A stretch of 64,000 bases of DNA, filler included, from Sphacelaria rigidula (taxonomy: Eukaryota): assembly GCA_964200075.2 (NCBI GenBank). It is 11 parts of 11 records of this genome, joined end to end, with 100 filler letters (N's around TTAATTAATTAA, not from the genome) between each part and the next. Parts side by side here need not be neighbours in the genome. Positions count along the whole stretch, not along the records: positions 23,313 to 29,040 come from CAXNAA020024912.1; positions 29,141 to 34,868 come from CAXNAA020024913.1; positions 34,969 to 40,696 come from CAXNAA020024914.1; 8 more parts are not named here. The stretch is one strand, 5' to 3'. Under the pieces are notes generated by a model that saw only the letters and a list, made by a program, of their open reading frames with translations, was not told the origin of the DNA and did not search any database. Positions 23,579 to 35,149 of the stretch are shown here, piece after piece (position 1 is the stretch's first letter; each line of letters starts with the position of its first letter). Position numbers and translations under genes: made by a program.

Positions 23579-26570
23579 GTATTGAACGCGGTGGGCGACC
23601 ACTCCATGGCCACCCCGAAGGCGTTCGCCCCCTTTGACGACCTGCGGCCGGAGCTAGACGAGATGGTCGGTGGCAACTGGAGTCAGCTTGAAAGCGTCCC
23701 GTCGTGGGGTCGGTGTAGGCTGCTGGCGATGCGGCCGGGGGCATCCGTTGCAAGATTAATGTCTGCTCACGCTGTGTGCATGAAGGTGTTGTACAGCACC
23801 GTACTGTATTTACGTACGAGTATCACATAAAGGAGATGACCGCCCATTCATCCAAAGTGTACTGCAAGACTGTTTGTTTGTTTTTTTCGCCTCAGGTACG
23901 GTTATCCTATGACCACGAGTAGACTCGAAAGCGGAACGGCTACATTCGCTAGCAAATCGATCGAATCGAATCGAATCGAATCATTCATAAACACTTTTTG
24001 AAGTTTCGTCTTTCATCATTCTGGGCGAGTCAGACAGTGACTGTCAGGTGTCCCGTGCCCTGTGATTTGTGGCGATGTGTCTACATCTTTCCAGCCTTTC
24101 ACTGAAGCCAATCGCTTGTTTCCCATCTCTCTCCCCCGTGCGTGTGCTGTGTTTCGCCAAAATCAGCAAGAGTGTAGTGTATTGCTAGTACTTTTTCGGG
24201 CCACGGTTCGCCCTTCCGAAAACGCGATACAAATTTCCGCAGTTGAATGGCGCACCCACATTCGCTGGTGGTGCTCTTCATTGCGCTCCTCCTCTGTGAC
24301 AAGAGCAGGGGGCTATCCTCACCGTACCGTAACTGCTGCAGTTACGGTTCAGTGAGCGTAGCCCCTTCCCCTTATCCGCGAAGGAGGGGCGCGATGAACC
24401 AAACCATCAACGAACTTGAGTGCAGCCATTCAACAGCGAAGCTTTTGATATCTTGACTGTACGACCATATCCTTGCATGGATGGCTACATTGGAACATAC
24501 GTGTGAACTGAAAATTACCATGTATGTAGCATTCAAAGGATCGATCAAATACCCACAACTATTGATTTGATTTGATTTGATTTGATTGATTGTCGCACAT
24601 GACATGATCCCCGAGGGACCCAACCCTGTACTGCTCATCAAACTCGCGTGACTTCTACCGTCGCCGATGAAGTACTGTCCCACGCATCCTCTCTGTTGCA
24701 CTCGTGGACACGATGCTCCTATAGCTATAACCCGTGTTTTTCGCGCCATGACTCTCCGAAGGAGAATGAATGTCGACGGCCCGCCTTACGGTGCACCTGT
24801 GGGGTATTCCATTTTGCGCACAGCTCCCATAATAATTCACCGTGTCTACGATGCCGCCGATGATCTTCTCGCCGTGTATGTTCGGCATCACACACAGGTG
24901 GGGGACAACTTGTTCGTGCACGCGGGACTGAGGCCTCAGCACTTGAGAGGAGCTGACGACGTCGCCGAAGCGGAGGAGGTGATGGAGAGCATGAACACCG
25001 CAACGGCGTCGTGGCTACGGGGCACGAACAAGGAGATCCCCAAATTCATGTTTGGAGAAGATGGTCCGGTGTGGACGAGGGTGTACTCGCGCCCCGATTC
25101 GCGCGACATGGATGAGGCGACCAGGGCGGAGCTTGAAGAGGTGAATGAGCATGATCGAGGGAATGCTTCGGTGGTGAGGGTATCGGGGTTGGGATCAAGG
25201 AGATCTGTTTGTTGTTGCATGTCTGCGCGGATGCGCGCTCTTGCGCCCGTGGCGATTCTCCGACATTGGCGGCGTAATCATGTCCGATGATGAACTCGCC
25301 TGGATTTGGTGGCACATCTTGTGCATTGGGTGATGTTGACCTCGAGCCATTGCTCGATATACCCTCTTGAAGAACAGCTAAAGGGTAAAGTTGACCCGAG
25401 CTAGTACAGTACCAGTGCCGCAACACCGAGTTTGCCCGTGATATGCTCACGCCCCTTTCCCCACGCCGACGGCGCCGCCCACTCTCAACCCCAGTCGCGG
25501 TTTTTCGTTTATCAACGATGTTTATGTTCACACCCACTCTGTTCCACTGTTGTATTGGTGTATGCTTTTACTTTTTACTCTTCGGTTTGGCAACGTGGGC
25601 CGTCCACCTCTCCCCGCGTCGCGTTAATACAGGTACTGCGATTGACGGGCACGAAGCGGATGTTGGTGGGGCACACGCCTCAACGAGCGGGCATTAACTC
25701 GGCAGCTGATGGTCAGGTCTGGCGAGTAGACACGGGGATGACGGCCATGATTGGCGGGCGTCCTGAGGTGAGGGACGTTTCTCGACCATTGACTATATCG
25801 AGTATTATTGGTAGGTATCGCCATATTCCGCCGCGCTTACCCACACCCATTGCCTCGCGTGAAATGTGTCATGCCACCCATGACGTGCCACTGCTCCAAC
25901 AGTGCTAGCTAATGTGCAGCGATCAGTCAAGTCATCGCGAGGATAGTCGCCTTGTCCCTCTTCCGTCGCTTGTGACGACAATCCCCAAAAGAGAAAAAGG
26001 GAGAGCTCCGTATCTTGTCTTTCCCGAACGAAAGCCGATCCCATCCGTCCGTTCGCTGGAGACTCGTGAGACACTAAAATGAATGCCGCTGTCGGCGACA
26101 CCGGTGAGACTTTTGAAGCCAATAGCATGACCGTGCTAGACGGTGTCGGCTCTAGACGGTGTCGGCTCCCAACACCATATCAGGATCACCGGATAGATCC
26201 CGTACCCTCAGCACCAACAGTATTACCAGAAACACTTGCAAAACCCGGCACCGCAGGTGACACACGCAAATACATTTGACGGTTTGGTCAAGCACCCTAT
26301 CATAGTCGAGCTGATTCGCTTGCCCCTTCCTTTCCCCCCCGACCGGCCCCTCTGGCGATCCCTTTTGCAATGGGCGTGGGCTCGTGGCTGGGCCGTACGC
26401 TGCTTCTTCGCCTCCTATCCCGTCACGGTGTGGTCATCGTTCGCAAGGTGCTTGAGATCAAAGGGGAGGAAATCACAGTTTTGACAGAGTACAAGGATGT
26501 TCCCGCCAGTAGACGTGCTTGCCGACCGTTACCCCCGGCGTCGGAAATGGAGGAACTTCGACGGCAATGA
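23579..26570 (+). CDS. 3' part of a calcineurin-like metallophosphoesterase, Shewanella-like PPP phosphatase (SLP) type; exons 23579-23785, 24898-25140, 25633-25767, 26448-26570
   Basis: Four phase-0 AG/GT exons give VLNAVGD..R..AMRPG, VGDNLFVHAGL, GPVWTRVYS, RMLVGHTPQ..GIN, VWRVDTGM and PEVLEI. These match the SLP motifs (HAG, GHTPQ, [IV]D[TV]G). Confidence 0.92.
24561..24740 (-). mobile_element. Possible retroposon 3' end with (AAATC)n tail, inside a phosphatase intron
   Basis: (ATTTG)n at 24561-24592 abuts a 150-bp unique segment. An (AATCG)n tract also occurs at about 23955-23983. Confidence 0.4.
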
Positions 26571-27339
26571 AATGCAGCAGGAAAACAATATGTAAAAAAA
26601 AAAGTGGTCTTCCCAAGGGTGATGGGGAAATGTCAGCAAGAGCTAGCTAACTGACCGGTGCCATCGCAAGAAGCTCGGCGAGTCATCCTCTTCTAGGGTG
26701 GTTATGGTCGGGATATATCAATCATCATTTTTGGGGGGTACAGGGAGAAGGCAAGGGCAGGCACTGGAAAAAAAATATGTGTTTGATATTGTGTGAACGC
26801 GAGTACAAAGAGCAAGGTGTCTTCAGTTGTGTCGGCTTGTGGGCGGGTCGACGGGGCTCGGCTTCCCTCGGGCACTGAGTTTGATTCATTTTCCACTAGA
26901 ATGTCTGCTATTCTTTCAGGGGTCCACGTATTTCACTGTCGCTGTGCTTTTTTTTCATTCCGTTAAAATCGAGGAAGCTACTTTCTCATGTTTATCTTGG
27001 CGTCTCTCTTCTTATTTTCATTTTGGTAATATTTTAGTTCATTGCGTTTGTTTTTGTAATTAGGCTGGAGTCTAAAAAAAAGAAAGACGGAGGACTCGAT
27101 ATCTTGAAAGAGCAAAGACGAGCCTACGTATGTGACATACGGGTTCGAGAGATGGGACTAATGTGCGGAAATACTACTACTAACAATAATGTGCTTCCGT
27201 CTGAGTATGCCATGACACCGGAAAAGTTGTGGGTCACACAACACCTTTGTGATCAGTGTTTCGTTAGTAGTCTACGAGTGCATTCATTAGCCGCTGCGCC
27301 CCGGTGATCTGAATTAAAATGATGCAACTGACACCATTA

Positions 27340-27635
27340 GGGCGGGGAAAAACGTGGGTTCGATTCCCGCCAGATGTGTTCGCTGTAGTTTGGCGGTTTT
27401 GTCAGAGATATCTTTTTTGCCGTCGTTGAAGGCCTGAGGACGTGGGTAGCAAATAAAGTGTTCGGTGGCTTGGTTGCGAGAGTCGACGCGATGCGCAATT
27501 GTTGGTCATGATCCAATCCGCAACACCAAACTGTGAGGAGCTTACTGGGGGAGAGCGGGGTTGGTCCTTTATCACCACGGACTTGTCCCGAGAAACGAGA
27601 TGGGTTGGAAGTGAGAAGAGAAGAGAAAAAAAAGT
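27340..27635 (+). mobile_element. tRNA-derived SINE-like repeat
   Basis: B-box GGTTCGATTCCC at about 27357-27368, non-coding body, and a (GAGAA)n/A-rich tail at about 27613-27633. Confidence 0.6.
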
Positions 27636-29273
27636 GTGCAGTGCAGTGGTGAGGGAAAAAGAGCACTCATTTCGTGGCGTTTCTTTGCTTGGAATTTTTT
27701 TGCATTCGTTCTCATTCAGAGGTAGGTGCGTGCCGCCTGTTGGACGAACGGGCACACCAACAGGCGCGTCCAGGAGTTCATGTAACATCTTGGCGCCGCG
27801 CTGGTAGCTCTGCTTTTGAATGATGATGTTGACTCTTCATATTGCTCTACAGGCTGATGCGCCCATCAACCCAAAAACACTCGTCCGCAAAATCCACGCC
27901 GACTTTAGGGGTTAGACCCTGAAATTTTGCACAATTTTTCCATGGGTCACTACGCAACTTTCGACGATCGATTTTATTTTCTATTTTCACGTGTTTCCTT
28001 TTCCTACCGTTTTTCGGCGGTCCTTGGATCTTTGGAGAAAATTGGATCCCGTCGGACCCCCGACAAGCGGTAAAAAATCATCAAGTAAGACAAACTTGTT
28101 CATTGAAAGTTGCGCAATGAACCATTGCACACTTGTGCAAAGTTTCAGGGCCCAACTCCTGATAAAGACCCGATGTTTTCCGCGTCTAGCAATGTTTTCG
28201 TGTGACTGACACAAGGATAAGGTTTTCTCCATTGTTTTTGTATATATGTTCCTTGGACTACCCCGAGACGTATCGTTTCATTTTATTTCTTTTGAGGCGT
28301 TCTCTATCGGCTTCCGGGGGATCCCAGCTTCAAGACCCCCGGACGCCGGTAGAGAACGGAGAAACTTTGAAATATTGTCAAAAATACTCTTTCCTTTGGA
28401 AGCATCAAAATCGAAACATTTCCAATCAAGGGAATGTGCGTTTTGCGGTAGCGAAATAATTTCCAATCGCACCATTGAATTATATTGAATCACACATGAA
28501 TCATGATACATGTAAAATGACGAGCACCGAACAGAAACAGAACGACTCAGAGCTCGGGACATCTGTATCGCTGATACCAAGCATCGAAACGACTATCATC
28601 TAAGACGCTGAGAGAGTGGTGGGCAGACGTAGTAGCAGGCGTGCAGAACGGCCGCCTGAACATGAACATCCAGCCGTTTTACTGTTCGATTGCAGGCACT
28701 ACGAGTGTTGAAGGTGGTACACCCGGAACATGTACTTTGGATTATGAGCATTCGGAGAGAGGTCGCATCATTCGTTTTCTAAGTTTATACTGTACTTTGA
28801 CCCGGGAGCAGTGATGGATGAAAAGGCTGACGCCCTGAGCACCGGCGGCGCCGGTGCCCTTGATGAGATCGCGGACCGTGAAGAGTACGATCGCGAAAAA
28901 GAGGAAGTCACACCGGCTACGTCTTTACCGCTCTGTCAGAAATGGAACACTGTTTTCGTGAGATTGAGAGTAGATGATACGATTGAGAGTGAAAAGCGGT
29001 CAATCAGTGAGTGAATTAATCGTTTCAGTTCCGAAATGCANNNNNNNNNNNNNNNNNNNNNNNNNNNNNNNNNNNNNNNNNNNNTTAATTAATTAANNNN
29101 NNNNNNNNNNNNNNNNNNNNNNNNNNNNNNNNNNNNNNNNAGTCGGACCCTGTGTTCATTTCTACTTGTTGCGCGTCGAGTTGAAAAAACCGAGTGCCAC
29201 CCCCTGAAGTCCGAATGGCCACCTGCGGCACCGGATCTTCCGAGGTTAGCCATATTACTCCCTTTCTTCTTCA

Positions 29274-29435
29274 TCATTTATTCCTGTTGAGCTTGCATCG
29301 CGTTTTGTGAGTCTTAATCTGGGTTTCTTTTGTTTTTCTTGGTTTTTTGCCAGCCTGTGACTATGGAAGGCGTCCGCATCAGATGCCTAGTACGAATGTA
29401 CTACGCAGATATCGGAACGGTTTGTTAATGTGAAG

Positions 29436-29471
<36 letters not shown>

Positions 29472-32400
29472 TACATAAAGGTATGTATTAATTCACGAAC
29501 CAACTCTGATTCGAGAAAAAACAAAACAAAACACACACGCGCAGATGCTGTCAAAAAAGGAGAACAAATCATTCTGTTTTGCTTCCTAAAAAAGACATGC
29601 CAAGGCACGATGACTTGCTTGCCGCCTGACTTCCAACTGACTATGTGGCGGTTGTGCCTTTTGCGAAGCCAAGTCGATGCACGTCCACCTCGTACCTGCC
29701 GCACCGAGAGACCCAACAAGCCTTCTACAACCACCGGCCGCGCGTCGTCCCCATCTCCCTCATGATGAGGGCCGTCGTCCACAACGCCCATCGAGTAAAC
29801 CACACGACGGGGATCCGTCAGCGCCTGGAAAGCTTCGTACAACCCGCCGTATTTCCAGGTCATCTGCTCGTATTTAGTGGCGGAAACCCACCACTTGCCG
29901 TCGCCGACCTCCTCCTCTCCGTTGCCTTCTCGTTCGTCGTCCCCGGCGGCAGAATACCTATCTCCCTTAGTCTCGTTACCGGGACAGTACGAGGCGACAC
30001 TACTGTTATCATTCCCCGGTCGCGGTTCAGTCCCGGCGGAGCCATGCGCCATATTTCCAGTACTCGTCGTCGTCGTCGCCGCCGTCGCATCGGTTGGGGG
30101 CAAGTCCTGACAAATAACCCAGTCGTCGCTTCCGGCGGTGGCCTGCACCTGCCTCTTCTGCTTCTTTGCCGCTGCCGCGATTTCCCTGTCGGACGACGCC
30201 AAGACCGAATGCCGTGCAGTGGCCTCCGGAGCGTCCTCTGCTGGCGTTCGGCCGATCCCCACGGTTGCAGTGTCCATCATGACGGCCGGCACGAACTTCG
30301 ACGATCCTCGTTGTTGCTGCGCCACCACCACTTCCGAATCTCTCATTTTCTGTCCCCCGTCTTTCACCTCGCCCTCGTCCCCGTTTCCCTCCAGTTCTGC
30401 CTGCGTTTCCCCCATTATTCTCTGGTGTTCCACGTCCATCACTGGTTCTCCTTCCCATTCGCCGTCCGCCTTTACTTCTGATGGCGCGGAGTCGCCCCCG
30501 CCCTCCGCTCCCACCCCACCCCCCGCTGGAGTCGCCCCCGCAGCTTCAACAAATGTTCCCGTTATGCTCCTCTTGCGCACTGTGTTTGTTGCAGCGTTGC
30601 AAACAGAGGTTTTCTGTCCGTTGCCTAACTCGACTAAGGCGAGCGCAGCGACGGATGCCGCCGTGGAAGCTTCAATCGCTGCTGCCGTTGCCGCAAAAAC
30701 GGTCCCGGGATCTTTTCGCACGCCTGCTGCTCCTGTCCCTCCCCTTCCTCCGTCGGCAGCGTTCGGGTCCACGGCGTTGGAACTACTACCCACGGCCGCG
30801 CTGTATTTAGTGGCGGCAGCAGAGGCGCCATAGGCAGAGGTGGAAGTACCCCCACCCTCCGCCCGCTCGTCGCCATGACCACAAGCGTCGGTGGCATGTG
30901 TTGCGTTATCCGCTGCCGTCACTGGCAACGTCGGAGACCCTATGTCTGTCGCCGCTACCGCCGCAGCCAGATCATCCATCTGTTCAGAAGCACTGTGCAG
31001 CGAACCGCCATCCACCTGGAACCCAAGCCTCTCCCGCCGGTCGGTCATTTTTCCAACACTTCCTGAAGCTGCTGCGTCTTCCATCGCCGTCGCTCGCGCC
31101 GGCGCAGTCCGTGAAAATTTGTGCGGTACTTTCGCCGGAACGGCGCCGAGTGGTACATTCTCTGCCGTCCTACGCTCCATCCCCTCGTCTCTTTCTCCAC
31201 TCCCCCTTTCTTCACCTGCTACGCCGCGGTCGGCAGTCGCGTCAGCGCTGCCTCCTTGTAGTTCCTCGACGGCGGCCGTCCCCGCCGCAGCTGCTGCCGC
31301 CGCGGTCATCGATGAGAGACCAACCGTTCTTGATTGGGGTCGCGGTAGAGGCGGTGAAGATCGCATCGGCGGCTTCTTTGGACGTACATCGTGACCGCGG
31401 GTCGCAATGTGCTTGCGGAAGCTGTCGAGGGTTGTCGACAGCTGCTCCCCGAACTGCGCGTCGTGGACAACCAACACGAGGCATGGTATGGCAAGGGCCG
31501 ACAAGGAGGGGGAGCAAATGATGGACAAGAAAAGACCGACTGACGGTGAGAAGAGTTACCGATAGTTTTTCGACGGCTTGACGTCCGGGTGGAGGCGAGT
31601 TACACATCAGGGCTAGCCGTGTCAGGAGCTTCACGCAGTCATTTCTTATTCGGGTACAACCCACGTGCAGCGCGCGGGTGGCAGGCGATGTGCGTTCACC
31701 GGGTGACCCTGTCGTTATAGAAGGTTGCCGGTGAACTGGGCTTTGACACGGGTGGTCAGTATCTTGCGGAATAAAACAGACGTTGCCAATGTTTCACAGG
31801 TACCAAACCATGCAGCACAGGGAAAAATTGACAGGATGTGACACCGACCCGGCGCCGCTTCGGCCAGCACGCAAGCCCTGTCCACATTCCATAACAGACG
31901 AACTCCGTCGAAAACTGCGGATACGAGGACAGCATCGCGCATATACGCCCGGAGCGTGAACATCCTGTCCTGCTTCCAACACCACCAAAGGGATATTTGA
32001 CTCTCGTTCAAGCAGTGTCGATACCCAACGTTACAAAGATACTGCAGCAACACACATTCTTCCCATGGTACACACCGGAGGATGACCAGCACGAGTGGGA
32101 GAGCCAAGAATCGACAAGAGGCCCTGAGCTGGTGGCGAAAACAAACAAACAAGCAAGAGATAAGTTATGGCGGCATTTTCAACCTCGCCTGGCTGTTTCT
32201 CCCATTTGGCAAACAACCGACACTGGGTACCAAGTATGACACCTCCCTAAACACTCACGTCTTCCTGAAACGCCTCCGTAAAATCATTCCACAGTATGCT
32301 CTCCGCATTCTCGCCTACCCGCCGAGCCCACCAGAGCCGCGCAACACAGTTTCTGACAAGGTATAATCGAGATTAGGAATTGGGGAGGGGGGAAAGGGGG

Positions 32401-33717
32401 ACTCAGCTCCTCTTCGACGGGTGCGCACGTGAACGCATTGAATCAATCTCGAGACCAGATCTATGGGGATATCAACGCTATGGGGATATCATCGCGTCAG
32501 ATCATAGCCCACTTGGTTGCGGGTTATTGTTCTGCAAAAACCGCCTCGCCCCGTACATGATCGGCGACTTCGGGCGGAGTATAGTAGTAGTAGGCTGGAA
32601 TACTGCCGATATTGGTTCGTTTTCCTGGTTTCCGCCGGGGGAACCGCGAGGACGTGAAGAAACATAAAATATTCGATGAAAGTCGACGGGCTGCGGGAAT
32701 GCTGCGAGAATGCTCATAGTCATCATCCGATGCTCGACAACAAATTACAAGCACCGAGGGAAATATAGGTTGATCCATTGAGAGCATGATACGAACTCAT
32801 CCCGAGGAATGGGGGCTAGAAGTATCAGAGGAAAAAAATAATAACGAGAGCACCATCACCGATCGCCAGGAGGGAAGAGGGGGCTTGCTAGAGAAGTAAT
32901 CTTCGCATGGTAGTGCTCTGTCCTTCGAGCCACTCTCAGGTCTCCGCGGCTCTTCATTACCTGATTCCCTCCGCAACAGTACGTCCGAGGCTTGCATTTC
33001 TTTCCTCTTTGGGATTGGCCGCCAGCTTCACTAACTCCAGCACCTACGCAGATTCATATTCACAAGCGTTTAAATGGATGACATTCGGGCGGTAAAGATG
33101 AAAACAATCAAAGGAGACGTTCGACTCGAAGGTTTTTGGTTCGTTCTTCGACTGGAGGTGCACGCAACCCACCTCCCCTCCCGAGCACGTTCACGACAAC
33201 CGCCCACCTCTCAAGACAACATACGACTATAGAAGACCGTGCAGTGAATTTTCGCATGAGCAAGAGAATGACCGCTGTAGCAGTCGTCTAATCCATCGTC
33301 CGCTCTATAGCGGTCTCGCATGAAACATTCATCTTACCTTCTTCTCCAGAATGCGCATTTCCTGCACGTAAACGCAGGCCCGGAACACGCCGAAGTGGTT
33401 GGCACGTCCCTCGTTCAGGTTCATCAGAGTCGCCCTAGCCTGCGCCGCGCAGCACTCGAGCTCCCACAATACCGAGGCTACGCCAAGGGGAAGCTGCTGC
33501 GACTCCTCCGTCCCGGCCCCTGCCCCCCCTCCGCCATTCATCCCTCCTCCCGCTACAGAACAAGCTGTTGTGGACGATGACGTTGTCGCTGACGGCGATG
33601 ACGAAGCGCTTCCGGAGTATTGGCCGGAGCATAATGAGGCGTTTCCTGATTCTCGCCGCTGCTGATGTTGGTGGTGCCCTGGTCCTTCCGGGTCGTCGAC
33701 CATGCACGTTTGCAGGC
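29274..33717 (-). CDS. Partial spliced gene of unknown function; exons 33338-33717, 32961-33043, 32259-32352, 29696-31453, and probably 29274-29354 (stop)
   Basis: Phase-compatible AG/GT junctions give ..EMRILEKK-VLELVKLAANPKEERNASLGRTVAEGI-RNCVARLWWARRVGENAESILWNDFTEAFQED-FGEQLSTTLDSFRKHI. A 586-codon Ala/Gly/Glu-rich exon follows. The last exon is less certain. Confidence 0.8.
29436..29471. repeat. (CAA)n microsatellite, intronic
   Basis: About 12 units read directly. Confidence 0.95.
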
Positions 33718-34036
33718 CTAATTTCACTACCTGAATCGTTGGGCGGACGGCACCATCATTTTTCACGCCACGAGGTTTGTTGCAATCAGATGGGACGGCA
33801 GAAACAAACAAACGGAGGGATAACCAGAGAAGGCGTATGGACGTCTGCGAAGATGCGGAGGAGCAAACCAATTTTCACAAGCGTGTTCGGCAAGAAGACA
33901 CACCCGAGGTAACCAGTGTCGAGTTGGTCGGCGCTTCACTTGCTTTTAACGTTTTAGGGGGGTCATGACGTGCCGGAAGTGCCCGGCAACCCAGGGTTCT
34001 TGCAAAAATTTCACGTTTGCTCCAAATCTCACACTG

Positions 34037-34518
34037 GGTTAAATAGTTAGGACATGAAATTTTGCACACATGCCCTTGAAGGTACGCCCGCGGTCGCCAG
34101 TGTCGTGTTATTCGGAGTTCGGTCGAAATCCCCCCCCCCCCCCCCCCCACAGCAAGGTGGTTGGTTCGAGGATACAAAATCTACATGCGAATCAAAACGA
34201 CAAAAGCCGAGCACACCGAGAAGCTGGGAACCCCCCATGATGGGGATCATTTTCGCCGATGTCGCCCATATGAGGCCTTTCATACAGTCCCAAACCAACT
34301 GCAATGCGTTGTATGGCCATTCTCTTCGTGACCGTTTTGGGGCTGTTTTGGGAGGGGGTGCTATCGCGACATCGCTCTACGATCTCAAGCCGCCGGATAT
34401 GGTCGGGGACCCGAAGATACTGGTGATGTCGAACGAAAATCCGGAAGACACGACACTGGCAACCTCGGGCGTACCTTCAGCAGCACGCGTGTGAAATTTC
34501 GAATCCTAACTTTTAACC
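34037..34518. mobile_element. MITE-like element with imperfect TIRs of about 90 bp
   Basis: ggttaaatagttagga..gaaggtacgcccgcggtcgccagtgtcgtg pairs with cacgacactggcaacctcgggcgtaccttc..tcctaacttttaacc. A partial third copy is near 33901-33930. Outer ends and TSD unclear. Confidence 0.75.
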
Positions 34519-34971
34519 GACGCAAGGGTTGTCCATTCAGGAAATTCCTGTCCTCTCCCTTGAATCAGCCATTGCTGCGCTGTACTGGGAAAGGATCACC
34601 TGGCGGCTCTTAATTTATTGCGCTGAATATATGCTTGCGGAGACCACACACCGCTTAACTAGTGCTATTTGCATGAGTTTCAAAGTGATGATTGAACAAC
34701 TCCTTCAACCCAGCAACTGTAGCAAGAACTACTTTGTATACAGGCCTGTGAACTGGATCAGTAGAGAGTTTCGGAAACACAAATCAGAACTCAGGGATAA
34801 GGAAAAACTCAGGGATTATTAAGAAAGTTGGGATTTCAGGCCAGGATATGACGAATTCCCCTAGGTAANNNNNNNNNNNNNNNNNNNNNNNNNNNNNNNN
34901 NNNNNNNNNNNNTTAATTAATTAANNNNNNNNNNNNNNNNNNNNNNNNNNNNNNNNNNNNNNNNNNNNATA

Positions 34972-35130
34972 CGGGTCAGGGCATCCCCGTTTGCAGATAT
35001 ATTCGGGATGTCCCCAGCACATTGGAATAATAATCCTGGCGTACTCTCGCATTTTTTAAAATCGTGTTTTGGATGAGATAAGGGGCTCCTAACACCTCTA
35101 ATCTCAGAAACTATTTCTCTACCCCTACCG
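34972..35130. mobile_element. Possible small Tc1/mariner-type MITE (TA flanks)
   Basis: TA-CGGGTCAGGG ... CCCTACCG-TA. The TIR is short and imperfect. Confidence 0.35.
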
Positions 35131-35149
35131 TAGCATCACTCAAGTGGCA

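Noticed and set aside
26045..26282. CCGTC...GACGG intronic MITE with a 16-bp internal duplication
   Set aside because: The TIR is only 5 bp and there is no TSD.
29645..31521. Long plus-strand ORFs (278, 231, 207 aa)
   Set aside because: Antisense shadows of a GC-rich minus-strand exon.
32550..32630. Extra exon in the 29274-33717 gene
   Set aside because: Phase-incompatible. The flanking exons join directly in frame (AG+A).
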